Assembly (NCBI RefSeq): GCF_030144855.1
Contig: NC_082715.1
Span: forward strand, 131,440,001-131,504,000
Direction: 5' to 3'
DNA from: Hypanus sabinus
Taxonomy: Eukaryota
Length of the DNA: 64,000 nucleotides
Below the pieces are notes generated by a model, which was not told where the DNA came from, made no database searches, and saw only the letters and a program-made list of their open reading frames with translations. The translations under genes were made by a program, and so were the position numbers. Shown here piece by piece: positions 50,916-63,508 of this stretch. Within the stretch, counting starts at the first letter, position 1. The number at the start of each line of letters is the position of its first letter.

Positions 50916-51664
50916 CCCTAGCTGGCTCAACCACAAGCTGCTCTAAAAATCCATCTCATAGGTATTCTTCAAATTCCTTCTCTTGGGATCCAGCATGGAC
51001 ATGATTTTCCAATCTACCTGCATATGGAAATCCCCCATGATGAGGATTTTACATGCTCTGCTCCGAAGTCACTTCTTTCTAAGGATTTGATTTCACTTTT
51101 TACCTACAGAGCCGCCTGCCTGTCCTTTCGATACGATGTATGTCCTTGGATGTTAAGGTCCCAATTGTGATCTTCTTTCAACTACAACTGTGATGCCCAC
51201 AACGTCGTATATGTCAGTTCTGATGTGGGTTATTACTAGTACACAATGGTTCGGCATTTATTATTTTCAAATTTTTAGAGCTCACATTTTTTATCTGGAG
51301 TATATTTGTTAAACAGTGGTGTACTAAGGATTTTAATTCACTGACTATTATGTATACTCAAACTACTTTTAAGGACTGAATAGAAAACAACTAAGTTGGG
51401 AAAAGAAGCCCTAGTGGTGACAATAATTTTCTTTTTAATACTTGTAATTTTTTTTCAAATCGCATTCATTGTCAAGCCTAATTGCTTTAGTGGTAGTGAG
51501 CCATTTCTTGAATCACGGCATTTGTGTGTTGAAGGTAATGGTTGGAAGTTCTGTTGTTTTCATCCAGTAACGATGAAGGATTGGTGACATATTTTCAATT
51601 TAGGTTTGTGAATGACTTGGAGAGCAACATGTAGGTGGTGGTAATGCCAAGCACATATTTATTT

Positions 51665-52222
51665 TAGAACATAATAAAAACATAAGAAATAGGAGCAGGA
51701 GTAGGCCATCCGGCCCATCGAGCCTGCCCCGCCATTCAATAAGATCATGGCTGATCTCTCCATAAGTTCAGCTCCATCTACCTGCCTTTTCTCCATAAGC
51801 TTTAATTCCCTTAGTATGTAACTGTATCTTAAATATATTTAGTGAAGAAGCCTCAACTGTTTCCCTGGGCAGAGAATTCCACAGATTCACCACTCTCTGG
51901 GAAAAACAGTTTCTCCTCATCTCTGTCCTATATCCCCTGAATCTTGAGGCAATGTCCCCTAGTTCTAGTCTCACCTACCAATGGAAACAACTTTCTATCT
52001 TATTCTATCTTACCTATCCCTTTCAAAATTTTGTATGTTTCTATAAGATACCCCCTCATTCTTCTGAATTCCAGAGAGTATAGTCCCAGGCGACTCAATC
52101 TCTCATCATAGGTTAACCCCTTCACCTCTGGAATCAACCTGGTGAACCTCCTCTGCACTGCCTCCAAAGCCAGTATACCCTTCCTCAAGTATGGAGACCA
52201 GAACTGCACACAGTACTCCAGG
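51665..52222 (-). mobile_element. CR1 LINE 3' portion, relatively young
   Basis: QFWSPYLRKGILALEAVQRRFTRLIP...GLYSLEFRRMRG; FSQRVVNLWNSLP; cataagaaataggagcagg tail. Confidence 0.9.
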
Positions 52223-53039
52223 TTTACTTATTTATTGATTAGAAGTCTTGGGCATAGGAAGTATTGTTAAAGGAGATTTAGAAGTTGTTGCAGTACATGC
52301 TCTGTGGACATTGTGTCGATGGTGGGGCAATGGATGCTTTGGCCAGTCAGTTGTAGTGTTTGGAGCTGGGGAGCTCCTTGGTCTCTCCTCTTTGGACTGT
52401 TTGGCATGGTGACCCTTCCAAGGGCCAAAGCAAAAGGCCCTGACTTCAGCCAACATACTCTCTGGGTCATTGAGGCACACAAGCCAGCAAACCACACGGA
52501 GGTTATGGTCCTCTTGGAGGAAAATGCCAGTGAGTTAACTGATATTTCCATATCTTTTACTCCTCTATTGTTTTGTTTTCAAATTTTACTCTTAGCCTGT
52601 ATTACTCTCTTCAGCTCTACATTGACTCTTTTGCTTTAAGCATTGCTTTGTATCTACCTGGTGAAGAATAGGATCAAGTCATATTTGTGAAAAGTAAGTG
52701 GTTCCTGCTTAATGTAAAATGAACATAGATATCCCAGTGAGTGAAATAGTTGCAATAGAAAATGGTGGAACACGTTGTGTGTGTGTTTTGTGTAATTACC
52801 TCCTTCTCCAATTTTCCAAGAAGCTGTCCTTTTGTACCATTGAAGTTAAGGGTTTTTTTCCAACAGGGTCCCAGAGTTAATGTAAAAGTATTCATTTGAT
52901 TTTTGGAAACAATATCCTGTTTTTGCTCCAAAGATAACAATGTCATCTTAACCGCTCTGAAATGAATTATGAAAATCACTAGAAATCATATTTATGAGTG
53001 CCAGACTTTGATCCAGTCTTTACACTGGACAGGAATGTG

Positions 53040-53600
53040 AAGATAGTGCTCTCCATTTTAATTCTTATCCCCATTCCCATTCTGGCAAACCAGTTCATGA
53101 CCTCTTCTGCCACGATGAGGCCACTCTCAGGTTGGAAGAGAGTGGTCTGGGTAATGTCCAACCCTGATGGCATGAACATCGATTACTTCAACTTCTGGTA
53201 GTTTTTCCCTCCCCTTCCCCTTTCTTCTATTCCCCACTCTGGCCTCTCACCTCACCCGCCTATATCCTCCTTCTGCTGCCCCTCTTCCTTCCTTTCTCCC
53301 ACTTGCCTCTTCTTTCAGTTTCATTCTCCAGCCCTTCACCTTTTCCACCTATCACTTCCCAGCTTCTTACTTCAGCACTCCTCCCTCACCCACCTGGTTT
53401 TTAGCTTGTCCTCTTTCTTCTCCACCCACCTTTTTATTCTAGCACCTTCCCCCTTCCTTTCCAGTCCTGATGGAATGTCTCGGTCCAAAACATCGACTGT
53501 TTATTCATTTCCATAGATGCTGCCTGACCTGCTGAGTTCTTCCAGTATTTTGTGTGTGTTGCTCTGGATTTTCAGCTTCTGCAGAATCTCTTGTGTGTAC
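53040..53600 (+). mobile_element. Penelope-like element 3' portion with terminal repeat
   Basis: gatgaggccactctcaggttgga...aaccctgatggcatgaacatcga; degenerate hammerhead core at 53462-53500. Confidence 0.75.
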
Positions 53601-54099
53601 GATTATGAAATGGGTTTTGTTCAAATTTCCTTTTATTCTAGTTTTGTTCCACCTGCTTGAATATTGGTTGGCTCATAGCAGATATATTTAACCAGGAGAA
53701 ATATTGCCACATTTATTTGCCAGCATATTGAATATCTTGTCCTCCTGTGTTCCTTGACTTGAGGCAGCATGAACATTTTTGCCCCCTAATTTGCACTGTG
53801 CAAGTTGATAATGCAATGTAATATCTCTGATCTCATTGTATGGTGGGTCCAGGAGCTTGGCCTTCTTTTGTGTCATCAGAAATATGTATTCTTATCTCCA
53901 CAAGCAATGGGATTTAAGGTTTGGCCAAGATCTACAGGAATGATGAGGAATTTCAGTGAACTATATTGAGTACTGCAGAGAAATAAAGAGGGAAGGAGAG
54001 CAAGGATAAAAGAGAAATTTAAATAAGACAGAGTTGAAAAGTACAATAAGTATTTAGATGCTTGTGCAGCAAATTATGCCATGACCATTCTTCTACAGG

Positions 54100-57000
54100 G
54101 CTGTGTTTCATGTGTCATCCTCAGAGAACAGGCGAAGAGAACGCTGTACCACATTGGGAAGTCCGGCAATACAGGGTGTAATTACTACGAGATTTCATAA
54201 GTAAGATAGCCGCAGGAACAGCTCAATGGCATAGAAGTGATTCCACATAATGTGTTGTCTCCCTGGTGCCAGTACCGAGGATACCACTGGGTGGCTGCAG
54301 AAAAATTTGGAGATTTGAACATATTAGTATCCCAGAGATTTTAAGGAGAAAGAAAAAAGATTAAGACACAGAACTGCGAAGGTTGAAACCTCTATACTAT
54401 TTCCCGTGGATAGAGTGAGAGGATAACACAGAAAAATACATGATCGGAGAAATGATATAAGAGGGAGATGTGATTGTATATGGATGGATTGAATCACAAC
54501 AGAGCCAGGATCATTGTCCCGATGTCCTCGCTGGAAGTTCCATTCGTGAAGTCATGGGGAAGTTGCTTTCTGTAATAGTTGTGTCTATTTCAATTCAAGG
54601 CATATTGTAGGGTAAGGTGGATGAGCTTAAAGCATGGACCAACATGATATATAGCTATTAGCAAGACCTGGTTGCAGAAGTGATAGGACTAGTAGCTCAG
54701 TGCTCTGAGCTTCTGTTGTTTCAGACATTATAGAGAGGGAGGTATAAAATGGGGGAGGGATAGCATTACTAATTAGGGAAAATGACACAGTGGTGCTCAG
54801 ACAGGACAGACTGCAAGGCTTATCTACTAAGGCTATAAAGGTGGAACTGAAGAATAAGAAAAGGATGACCATGTTAAAGGAGTAATATTATAGACCACCC
54901 TATAGTCAGTTGGATCTAGTGGAGCAAATCTGTAGAGAGATAGCAGAGGGTTGCAAGAAAATTAAGGTTGTAGTAGATTTTAATTTTCCACATATTGACT
55001 AGGACTCCCATACTATAAAAGGACTGAATGGGATAGAGTTTGTCAAATATGTTCAGGAAAGTTTCCTTAATCAATATATAGAGGTCCAACTAGAGAGTGT
55101 GGCACCAGATATCCTATTAGGGAATGAGACAGGGCAGGTAACAGAAGTGTGTGTAGGAGAACATTCTGGATCTATTGATCATAATTCAATAGTTTCAAGA
55201 TAGCTTGTATCTATGTATACAAGCTATCTTATGTATTTATATGTATTGAATTTTTTATTTGTTTTCTTCATTGTGATTTTTTTTGGCTGCATCATATGCA
55301 GAATGAGAATTATTTTCATTCTCATTTACACTTGCGTATCTGGAAATGACATTAAACACTTATAAACAACCTTAAATTTAACAATATTAATAATGGTCAT
55401 TGGACTGAGATTATAAGTTTGTGTAAGGCCAACCTTGATGGTGTTAGAACAGATCTGGCAAGTGTAGATTGAGACAGGATCTGTGTTGGGTCCATTGTTG
55501 TATGTCATCTATATCAACGATCTGGCTGATAGTGTGGTAAACTGGATCAGTAAGTTTGTGGGTGGCACCTAGATTGGAGAGGGGTCTGCACTAGATGGAA
55601 AAATGAGCTGAGAAATGGCAGATAGAATTTAATGCATATCGGTGGCGTGCCGCACTTTGAGTGATCAAACCAAGGAAGGACTTGCATGGTGAATGCTAGG
55701 ACACCAAGGAGTACTGTAGTTCGGAGGGATATGGGAGTACAGATTCATAATTTCTTGGAAGTGATGTCACAGTTAGATGGGATCATAAAGAGAGCTTTTA
55801 GCACATTGGCCTTCATAAATCAAAGTACAAGAGTTGGGAAGTTATGTTGAAGTTGTATAAGGCGATGGTGAAAGCAAATTTGGAGTTCTGGTCACCAACC
55901 TCAGGAAAGATATCAACAAGATTGAAAGAATCCAGAGGAAATTCACAAAGATGTTTCTGGAACTTGAAGACCTAAGTTATCGGGAAAGGTTGAATAATAG
56001 ACTTTATTCCCTGGAACGTAGGAGAATGAAGGGAGTTTTGACAGAAGCATACAAAATTATGAGGGGTATAGATAGGGTAAATACAAACAGGCTTTTCCCA
56101 CTGAGGTTGGTTGAAATAGAACTAGAGGTCATAGGTTAAGGAGGAAAGGTGAAATATTTAAGGGGAACCTGAGGGGGATCTTCTCCACTCAGAGCATGGG
56201 GTGAGAGTGTGGAAAGAGCTGCCAGACACAACGCGATGGCTGCAGGCTTGATTTCAAGCCTTAAGAAAAGTTTGAATAAGCACGTATTGAGGGCCTATGG
56301 TCCAGTTGTGGATCATTGGGCCTAGGCAGAATAACAGTTCAGCATAGTCTAGATAGACCAAATGGCCTGTTAATGGTCTGTAATTCTATGACTCTATTGG
56401 AGGGTGACAAATGTGATTACTCTGTTCAAGAAAGGTAACAGGGATAACCCTGGGAATTATAGAACAATGAGTCTTATGTCAGTGGTGGGCAAACTATTGG
56501 AGAGGGTTCTTAGATACAGGATTTACAAACATCTAGAGAAACATAGTCTGATTACGGACAGTCAACATGTCTTTGTGAAGGGCTGCTCATGAGCCTGAAT
56601 TCTCTGAGGAAGTGTCAAAACTTATTGATGAAGGCAGAGTAGTGGATATGGTGTATATGGATTTTAGTAAGGCATTTGACAAGGTTCCCATGGTAGCCTT
56701 ATTCAGAAAGACAGGAGGCATGTGACCCAGAGAAACTTGTCTGTGTGGATGAGAATTGCCTTGTCCGCAGAAGGCAGAGTATGGTAGCTGATGGAATGTA
56801 CTCTGCCTGGAGGTTGGTGGCCAGCGGTGTTCCACAGCGAGCTATTCTGGAACCCCTGCTCTTTCTGGTTTATATAATTGACTTGGTTGAGGAAGTGGAA
56901 GGGTAGGTTAGTAAGTCTGCAGATGACATGGAGGCTGCGGATAGCATTGAAATTTGTTGTGGGATGTAGAGCTGACTGGAAAGTGACAGATTGAGCTCAA

Positions 57001-57750
57001 TCCGGAAAAGTGTGAAGTGGTTTACTATGAAAGGTCAAAAGAAGACAGAATACAGGGTTAATGGTAGAATTCTTGAAAGTGCGGAGGAACAGAGGAATCT
57101 TGGAGACTATGTCAAAGTTGCAGCATAAGGTGATAGGCTGGTTAAGAAGGTGCTATGTTGGCCTTTAATGGTTGGGGGATTGAGAAAGATAACGGAGCTC
57201 TATGAAGCTGGTTATACCACACTTGGAATATTGTGTTCAGTTCTGGTTGCTTCATTATGAGAGGGATGTGGAAGCTTTAGGGAGGGAGCAGGAGAGATTT
57301 ACCAGATGCTGCCTGGATTAGAGAGCAAGACTCATGAGGATAGGCTGAGCAAAGTAGGGGTTTTCTCTTTGGAGAGAAGGAGGATGAAAGGTGACTTGAT
57401 AGAGGTGTATAAGATGATCAGAGGCATAGTTAGAGAGAGTGGACAGTGCCTTTTCCCAAAATGGCAATAACTAATACTAGAGGACATTGGAGGAAATTGG
57501 AGGAAACTATTGGGGGATGTTAAAGATATGTTTTTTTTTGCACAAAGAGTGGTAGGTGCATGCAACAAGCTACAAGAGATAGTAGAGGCAGATACATTAG
57601 GGACATTTAAGAGACTCTTAGATAGGCACATGGATGAAAGAAAAATGGAGGGTTATGTGGGAGGGAAGGGTTAGATCGACATTAGAGTAAATTAAATGGC
57701 ACAATATCATGGCCTAAAGTGTTGGTACATTCTACAGTATGTTCTATGTT
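54100..57750 (+). mobile_element. Cluster of decayed CR1 LINEs (ORF1 esterase remnant, EN, RT)
   Basis: CCLPGA-like remnant at ~54250; EN motifs YYRPP and DFNFP at ~54890-54990; two RT-to-tail copies (55470-56395 and 56398-57750) with LFKKGNRDNPGNYR and YMDFSKAFDKV. Confidence 0.8.
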
Positions 57751-58244
57751 CTGTATGTGTGTTCATTATAGAAAGCCAGCATGAATTTGTTGAAAGAGAT
57801 CATATCTAACCTTGATACAATTTTCTGATGAAGATGACAAATAGGATTGATAAGGAATATGCATTTGATTGATTTTTTGTTAGCCATTTTTGGAATGGAG
57901 GCACCATTGGCAAGGCATGCATTTGTACTGATCTCCAATTGCCCCTGAGTAATGGTGGACTGTCATGTTGAACATTCTACAGTTTATCTGGTGAAGATAC
58001 TCCCACAGTGCAGTTGGAAGGGAGTTCCAGGATTTATACCCAGCAATAATGAAGGACCATTGAAATATTTGAAATTCATAATAGAGTGCAACTTGGGTAG
58101 GAAAGTTGCAGGTATTAATGTTATGAGGCCTTTGGTACCTTGTTGGGCTGGTACTTTGTGTGAATGGGATGAGTACCTGCAAGATATTTTGTGCACGGTA
58201 CTCACTGCAGCCACTGTGATGGTGGAAGGAATGAATGTTTAGAA

Positions 58245-58325
58245 CAGGGTTTCCCAACCTGTGGTCCACAGACCGCTCGGATAATGGTAGGGGTCCATGA
58301 CATAAAAAAAGGTTGAGAGCTCCTG
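58245..58325. mobile_element. hAT/Charlie-type MITE, 81 bp
   Basis: CAGGGTTTCCCAACCT...AGGTTGAGAGCTCCTG TIRs; 8-bp TSD GTTTAGAA/ATTTAGAA. Related copies at ~62776-62850 (inverted) and ~14364-14415. Confidence 0.7.
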
Positions 58326-59188
58326 ATTTAGAATCTAAATAGGATTCCAATCAAGCAGGCTATTTTGTCCTAGGTGGTGTCAAGCTTTTTGAGAGTGGGT
58401 GTAATTGCAATGGTCAAGACAAGTAGAAATAATTCCATCAGGCTTAAATGTCTTGAAGATGATAAAAAGCCTTCGAGCTATCAGTCTGTTAGTCACTGGC
58501 CACAAGATACTCAGCCTCTGATCTGCTCTCCCAGCACAGATTTTAAATGGCTTTCTGTTAATGGAAACAACTTAAAACACTGATGTAAGGTGAGATAGGG
58601 CCAATGAATACCTTGGTGTGGGTGGTTAGACTCACTTGATGCAGATCATTATCTGGCTTCTTTTGCATTGTGAATATTCTTTGCCACTCATTAGCATAAG
58701 TCTGAATACTCTCTAGATCTTGCTGCATGAAAGCTTAAAGTACTTAATTTGCTGTGAAACTGGAAATGACATTGATCAGTGATGATTGCACAAGCATTAT
58801 CAATGACTTTCAAGATGCCAGTGCATAGGACATTGCCCAGGTGTCCTGGAGCTGGGACAATTGACCTCTCATGACCACAAACAACTTTGTTGATGCACTC
58901 AAAGTGCAATGGAATGAAGAATTTATTTTTTTTGTAATTTTTTTTATTGAAGTTCATCATCAAACAAACATTTCCATGAGATGTGTTTCAGACATTGTAC
59001 ATATATATCATATATCATATATATCACAAATCTCCACAAAGTATTTATTTGAGGTACACACTTATAGAAAAGAGTGGAGAGAAAAAACAAGCAAAAGGGA
59101 AGAACTATGTACAAGTAGGGAGTGATCTTTTGTTTTTATAACATACTCATTGATTTGTGAGAATAAAGTCATGCCTATGAGGCATTAT

Positions 59189-59314
59189 TTAGTTCAACCA
59201 TTTTTCCCAGTATGAATCAAATTGTTCCAAATTGGATAAAATTCTCTTACGTTTGATTGGATTTAATAGCCCATTGACATTAAAAGAAATTAATTTTACC
59301 TTGTCCTTAGCCAT
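59189..59314 (-). pseudogene. Collapsed L1 ORF2 (41 aa, N-terminus fused to C-terminus)
   Basis: MAKDKVKLISFNVNGLLNPIKRKRILSN-LEQFDSYWEKWLN*. The APE endonuclease start motif (SFNVNGL) is joined in frame to the terminal F..YW..W motif of ORF2. Confidence 0.75.
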
Positions 59315-59629
59315 CTGTATTTATCTGTCAATGTACCATTGAAATTAGAATAAAACTTAATCAATCTACTCCCTGAACAAATGTGAACCGGGAAATGCAG
59401 ATAATAACAAAAATGGCAACGAACGTGTGATTCCCAGGCTGAGGTCACTAGTAGATGACCCTACGTTGAGCTAGAGGAAATGTCTAGCTGTGGGGGATAA
59501 CCCCTTCCTACTTGTGAGTTGAGGGCCCCAAATGCAGTATTCATAAAAGTCAGTGAACAAATCCATTATGCAGAAAAGATTTCCCTGTGTACTCCTCCTA
59601 TATATACACACACACATATACATATACAC

Positions 59630-60291
59630 TGTAGTGTTCTCGCTCAGGTGTAAGAGAACTCTGAACTAAACACCGAGGTAAACCGTAGTCAATGAAAACA
59701 GGATTGCAGTAAGATTAACCGTTTACTGTTCACTCTTCCACATTAACGTATGGTGAAAACTGTTGATAAAACAATACAAAATGTATACAGTATTTGTTTC
59801 CTTCTTGATATCACATTTACATTGTAAATACTTGCAAAAGTAAAACTACAACTACATTACATTAAAGTGCAGCATACAGTCAGAATCTACCTACACCATT
59901 GACTGCTTTAAATACACTTCAACACAAGCTATCCGCAACTCTTTAACTAACGAAAATATAAACCTTATCAACCGTCATTACTTTTAACAGAATCAGCATT
60001 AACATTTTTAATTCAACACATCGATTATCTCACTAACTTACGGCGTTGCTTCACTGATGTTTCTAGTGCGTAGAAAGAAAACTTTTCTTGCGCCGATCCT
60101 GCACATGTGAGCCCCCTTCTTCCCGTTTCTCCAAACCGGTATTTTCCCACAAGACGGGTGTGATGTCATCGCATGCCGCGATATATCATAGACAACGAAT
60201 TTACTTTAATCAATCTTAACTTTAACTAGAAAATGCTAACAAATGAATTACTAAAGCGAAAATATTATAAACTAAACAAATGCCATATACA
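59630..60291 (-). mobile_element. Probable solo LTR of a second family, inserted in the L1 inter-ORF spacer
   Basis: TGTA...TACA termini, ~660 bp non-coding with retained CpGs. Sits in a (CA/TA)n tract; the TSD is ambiguous (CAC/ACAC). Confidence 0.6.
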
Positions 60292-60474
60292 CACATTACA
60301 TTCATATATGTATATTCATTCTCATTTTGGTGGGGAAAAAGGAGTAAGTGAGCGAATAAAGAATAACTACTAATTAATATAAAATCCACATTATAAGTAT
60401 TTCTTGAGATAGGTATATCACCGTGTACTTTTGCTTTAATTTAGCTTCTCAACATTTTAAAAGTTAGCCAAACC

Positions 60475-61482
60475 TTATGGCTCTTCTGAAGGGGGTGAGG
60501 ACTGTCTTTGGGAAACTCCTGGTCTCTTCCTGATATATTTCTCTCGGCCTCCTCCCGTCTCCTGCCTTCTCGATTCTCGCACTATTTCCCAAGCAGAGCG
60601 GGACAGTTCCTCAGTCAGACTTTCCCTCATTTTGGTGACACTGACGGGCAAACCTCTGGCCTTCAAGTCTGTAGTTGCCTCTTCCACCGTCTGGTACAAC
60701 TGTGTCCTGTTGTCATAAAACACTCGAAGTTTAGCAGGGTACAGAGTTTGAAATCTAATCGTATTTTGCTTTAGTACTCGCTTTACTTCAGAGTATTCTT
60801 TGCATTTCTGCAGGACCACGGGGGGGGGGGGGTAATCTTGGTCGAAATATATTAATTTATCATCGAAAAACACTCTCTTCTTACCCCAGGCCCTTTGTAG
60901 AATCTGCGACTTGGTGCTGTACCGAAGGAATTTAATTATTATAGAGCATGGCTTTCTGTCCTGGGTAGGTTTTGGAACCAGCGCGCGGTGCGTCCTCTCG
61001 ATTTCCAGCTCCATAGTTGAGGGAAGATCCAGCGCATCCCGCAGTAACTTTTCGACAAACTCAGTCATAGATGAGCCCTCCGCTCCTTCGGAAACGTTGT
61101 AGATTCTGATATTTTTCCGCCGTGATCGTCCCTCCAGATCAAGCAGTTCACCTTCTTGGTGATGTATTATTTTTATTGTCTTGCTCAGTATCTGTTCCAC
61201 GTTTTGAACGCGATCTTCCACCTTCTCAATTCGAGTCTCTGCCACTGCTATTTTTTGATTAATGCTGGCAAGCTCTGCCTTAATATCCCAGAGCTGCTGC
61301 TTTATTTCTTTCTGGACCTCCATTATCTCTTTCAGGATTTCGAACATATTTGCCGCTTTGACTGAACGAGGCCCAGCAGCCGCCTCGCTAGCACGCGGTC
61401 GGGTTGGAGAGCCGCTCGCTGCACTCCTCTCGGACCCAGGCTCCGCAGTGTCACTTTTTAAATTTCTGTTCCTTTTCCCCAT
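60475..61482 (-). CDS. L1 ORF1p-like protein (coiled coil, RRM, CTD), 335 aa
   Basis: Heptad region followed by LEGRSRRKNIRIYNVSEG, IERTHR, IIIKFLRY, IYFDQDY and LYPAKLRV, all L1 ORF1p hallmarks. No stops. Confidence 0.88.
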   Translation of the reverse strand: MGKRNRNLKSDTAEPGSERSAASGSPTRPRASEAAAGPRSVKAANMFEILKEIMEVQKEIKQQLWDIKAELASINQKIAVAETRIEKVEDRVQNVEQILSKTIKIIHHQEGELLDLEGRSRRKNIRIYNVSEGAEGSSMTEFVEKLLRDALDLPSTMELEIERTHRALVPKPTQDRKPCSIIIKFLRYSTKSQILQRAWGKKRVFFDDKLIYFDQDYPPPPVVLQKCKEYSEVKRVLKQNTIRFQTLYPAKLRVFYDNRTQLYQTVEEATTDLKARGLPVSVTKMRESLTEELSRSAWEIVRESRRQETGGGREKYIRKRPGVSQRQSSPPSEEP

Positions 61483-63508
61483 TCTTGCCCCTCTTTTCAG
61501 TTCAAATATTTTTCAAAAAGTATTATATTTGATGGAATAACGGGGCTTAATACGCGCTTTTCCAGAGGAGCTAGTGCCTTAAGCTGCCATTCTCGACGAT
61601 TATGACACCGGAACCGGAATGAAGAACTTAATGTGAGAGGGAACTGGAAGAGAACAAAGGGAAGGTCTGTGATAGGGTGGAGGCTAAGATCATCCACTAA
61701 TCTTGTTTGTGGTGTCTAAGAGACTGATGAATGCTTTATTAATTTTGACTGATTTATCTGCAAATATAAGTTGGGGCTAGAGTAGTAAGAAAACAATGCT
61801 GGAACTGAGAGATGCAGAACACCACAGTTGCAGAAGATCTGAAATGAAAGAGTATGCTGAAAACAGTCAACAGATCAGTAGTCTCAACTGGAGAGAAATG
61901 AGTTAATGTTACAGATGCATAATCTTGCATGAGAATAGCCAGTCTCACAAAAAGAGAAAAGCTGCTTCTCTGAAACTGTTAGATTCAATATTGAAACCTG
62001 AGAGCTGCCACTCGATTTGACAGCAGATGAGGTGCTAATTCTCATACTTACATTGAGCTTCATTGGAGGAGTGTTGGATGCTAAAAATAGAGAAGTCATA
62101 GAGGGAGTTAGAGAAGAATTAAAAGGACAGGCAATTGGAATTTCAGGATCAGCATTGTGTATTGAATAAGGACATGCTGCAGAGCTGTTAACTCACCTGC
62201 ATTAGGTTTCTCTGCAGGAGGGGAGACCACTAGCGAGCACCCAAGGTGGAAGAACAGGGAGTGATTTATCACTAAACCGAGGTGGCCTATTTGGGTCTGT
62301 TGTTTGTGGGAAGAGATGAGATAAAAAGATAGGTATTGCGTCTGCTGCAATTGTTCATTTAGCAGCAAACCAATCTATTTTACTAACCGCACCTTGATTC
62401 CACATGTTGCACTTGTTGTCGGTAGTCCATTATAAGGGCTCCTTTTCAATTATTTTCAGAAATGTTAATACTTTACCTGCACTTTATTACTCTCTACAAA
62501 GAATTCATTGCTTGCTAGGTATGATTTCCTGTTAGAAATCCATACTGACTAAATTTTAATGTATTGTTAGTAAACACTCTTCTATAAAGATACCTTTCTT
62601 GCAACAGATTTTGCTAGTTTGTCTAGAGTTCTGCCTTCTTCTTTAAAGAAGAACTAAAAATGTTCTGCCTTCTTCTTTAAAGACTTCGATAACCCGTTTG
62701 GAAGTCCTCAGAGAAAGATAAGTTTCTCATGAATGAAAAATACTGCCTTTGCTGTTCCTTTACTCATTTTACTTCAAGGGTCCCCAACCTTTTTTATGTC
62801 ATGGACCCGCTACCATTAACTGAAGGGACAACGGACCCAAGGTTGGGAACGATTTGGGATGCAATCTTCTCCCTAAATTTGATAAAAAATTATTAATTAA
62901 ATTTCCCCTCCACTTTTTATCTTAAATGTCTTCATAGATTTCGAGACTTTTCCCTAATGTATTAATTCCATTAACTACTTATGTAAAAACATTATTATGT
63001 TTCTACCAAACTCAGTGAAGTCTTGCACATCTCTTGATAGTCATATCACAAAACTAATTTTCTCTGTTACTTATTTTTCAGTGAGGCACGCCTTAATATT
63101 ATGTCATTAAAACCCCATTAGGAGAGTGATATCAGATCCATTTTGAAACAATGTATACCTACATTTAGGACCATGGATGCTGATGGTGCCAAAAACACTG
63201 TTTCCAATTAAAATATGACATTATACTGAAAGTAGTTCTCTGTTTAAAAAAAATTCAGACAAAACCACGGAGTGATATCTGTTTGTTGTGATGTAACTGT
63301 AAGATGAAAAATGCAGTACTTAGCTTTGTAACTCATCTTCTTCAAATTATAAGCTAACAGCAATTTTGAATCAGAAATTACCAAGGTATTATATTTCTGC
63401 TCCTAGTATGCCGACCTTCATGGTGGATGTCGAGCAATGCACTTAAGATTAAAAAAATATGTATACATAGATTCTCTAGCATAGAACAATTATCAGGGAG
63501 CCCAAGTA

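Larger units (their letters stand above)
58922..61615 (-). mobile_element. Full-length, internally deleted L1 (ORF1-only, HAL1-like) with TSD
   Basis: TSD GGAATGAAGAA at 58911-58921 and 61616-61626. Minus strand: 5' end ttccggttccggtgtc, ORF1, spacer, mini-ORF2, 3'UTR, AATAAA and A-rich tail. Confidence 0.85.

Noticed and set aside
60475-61482. Domesticated L1TD1-like host gene
   Set aside because: The ORF is still embedded in a complete element with 5'UTR, 3' tail and TSD, so there is no evidence of domestication from this sequence alone.
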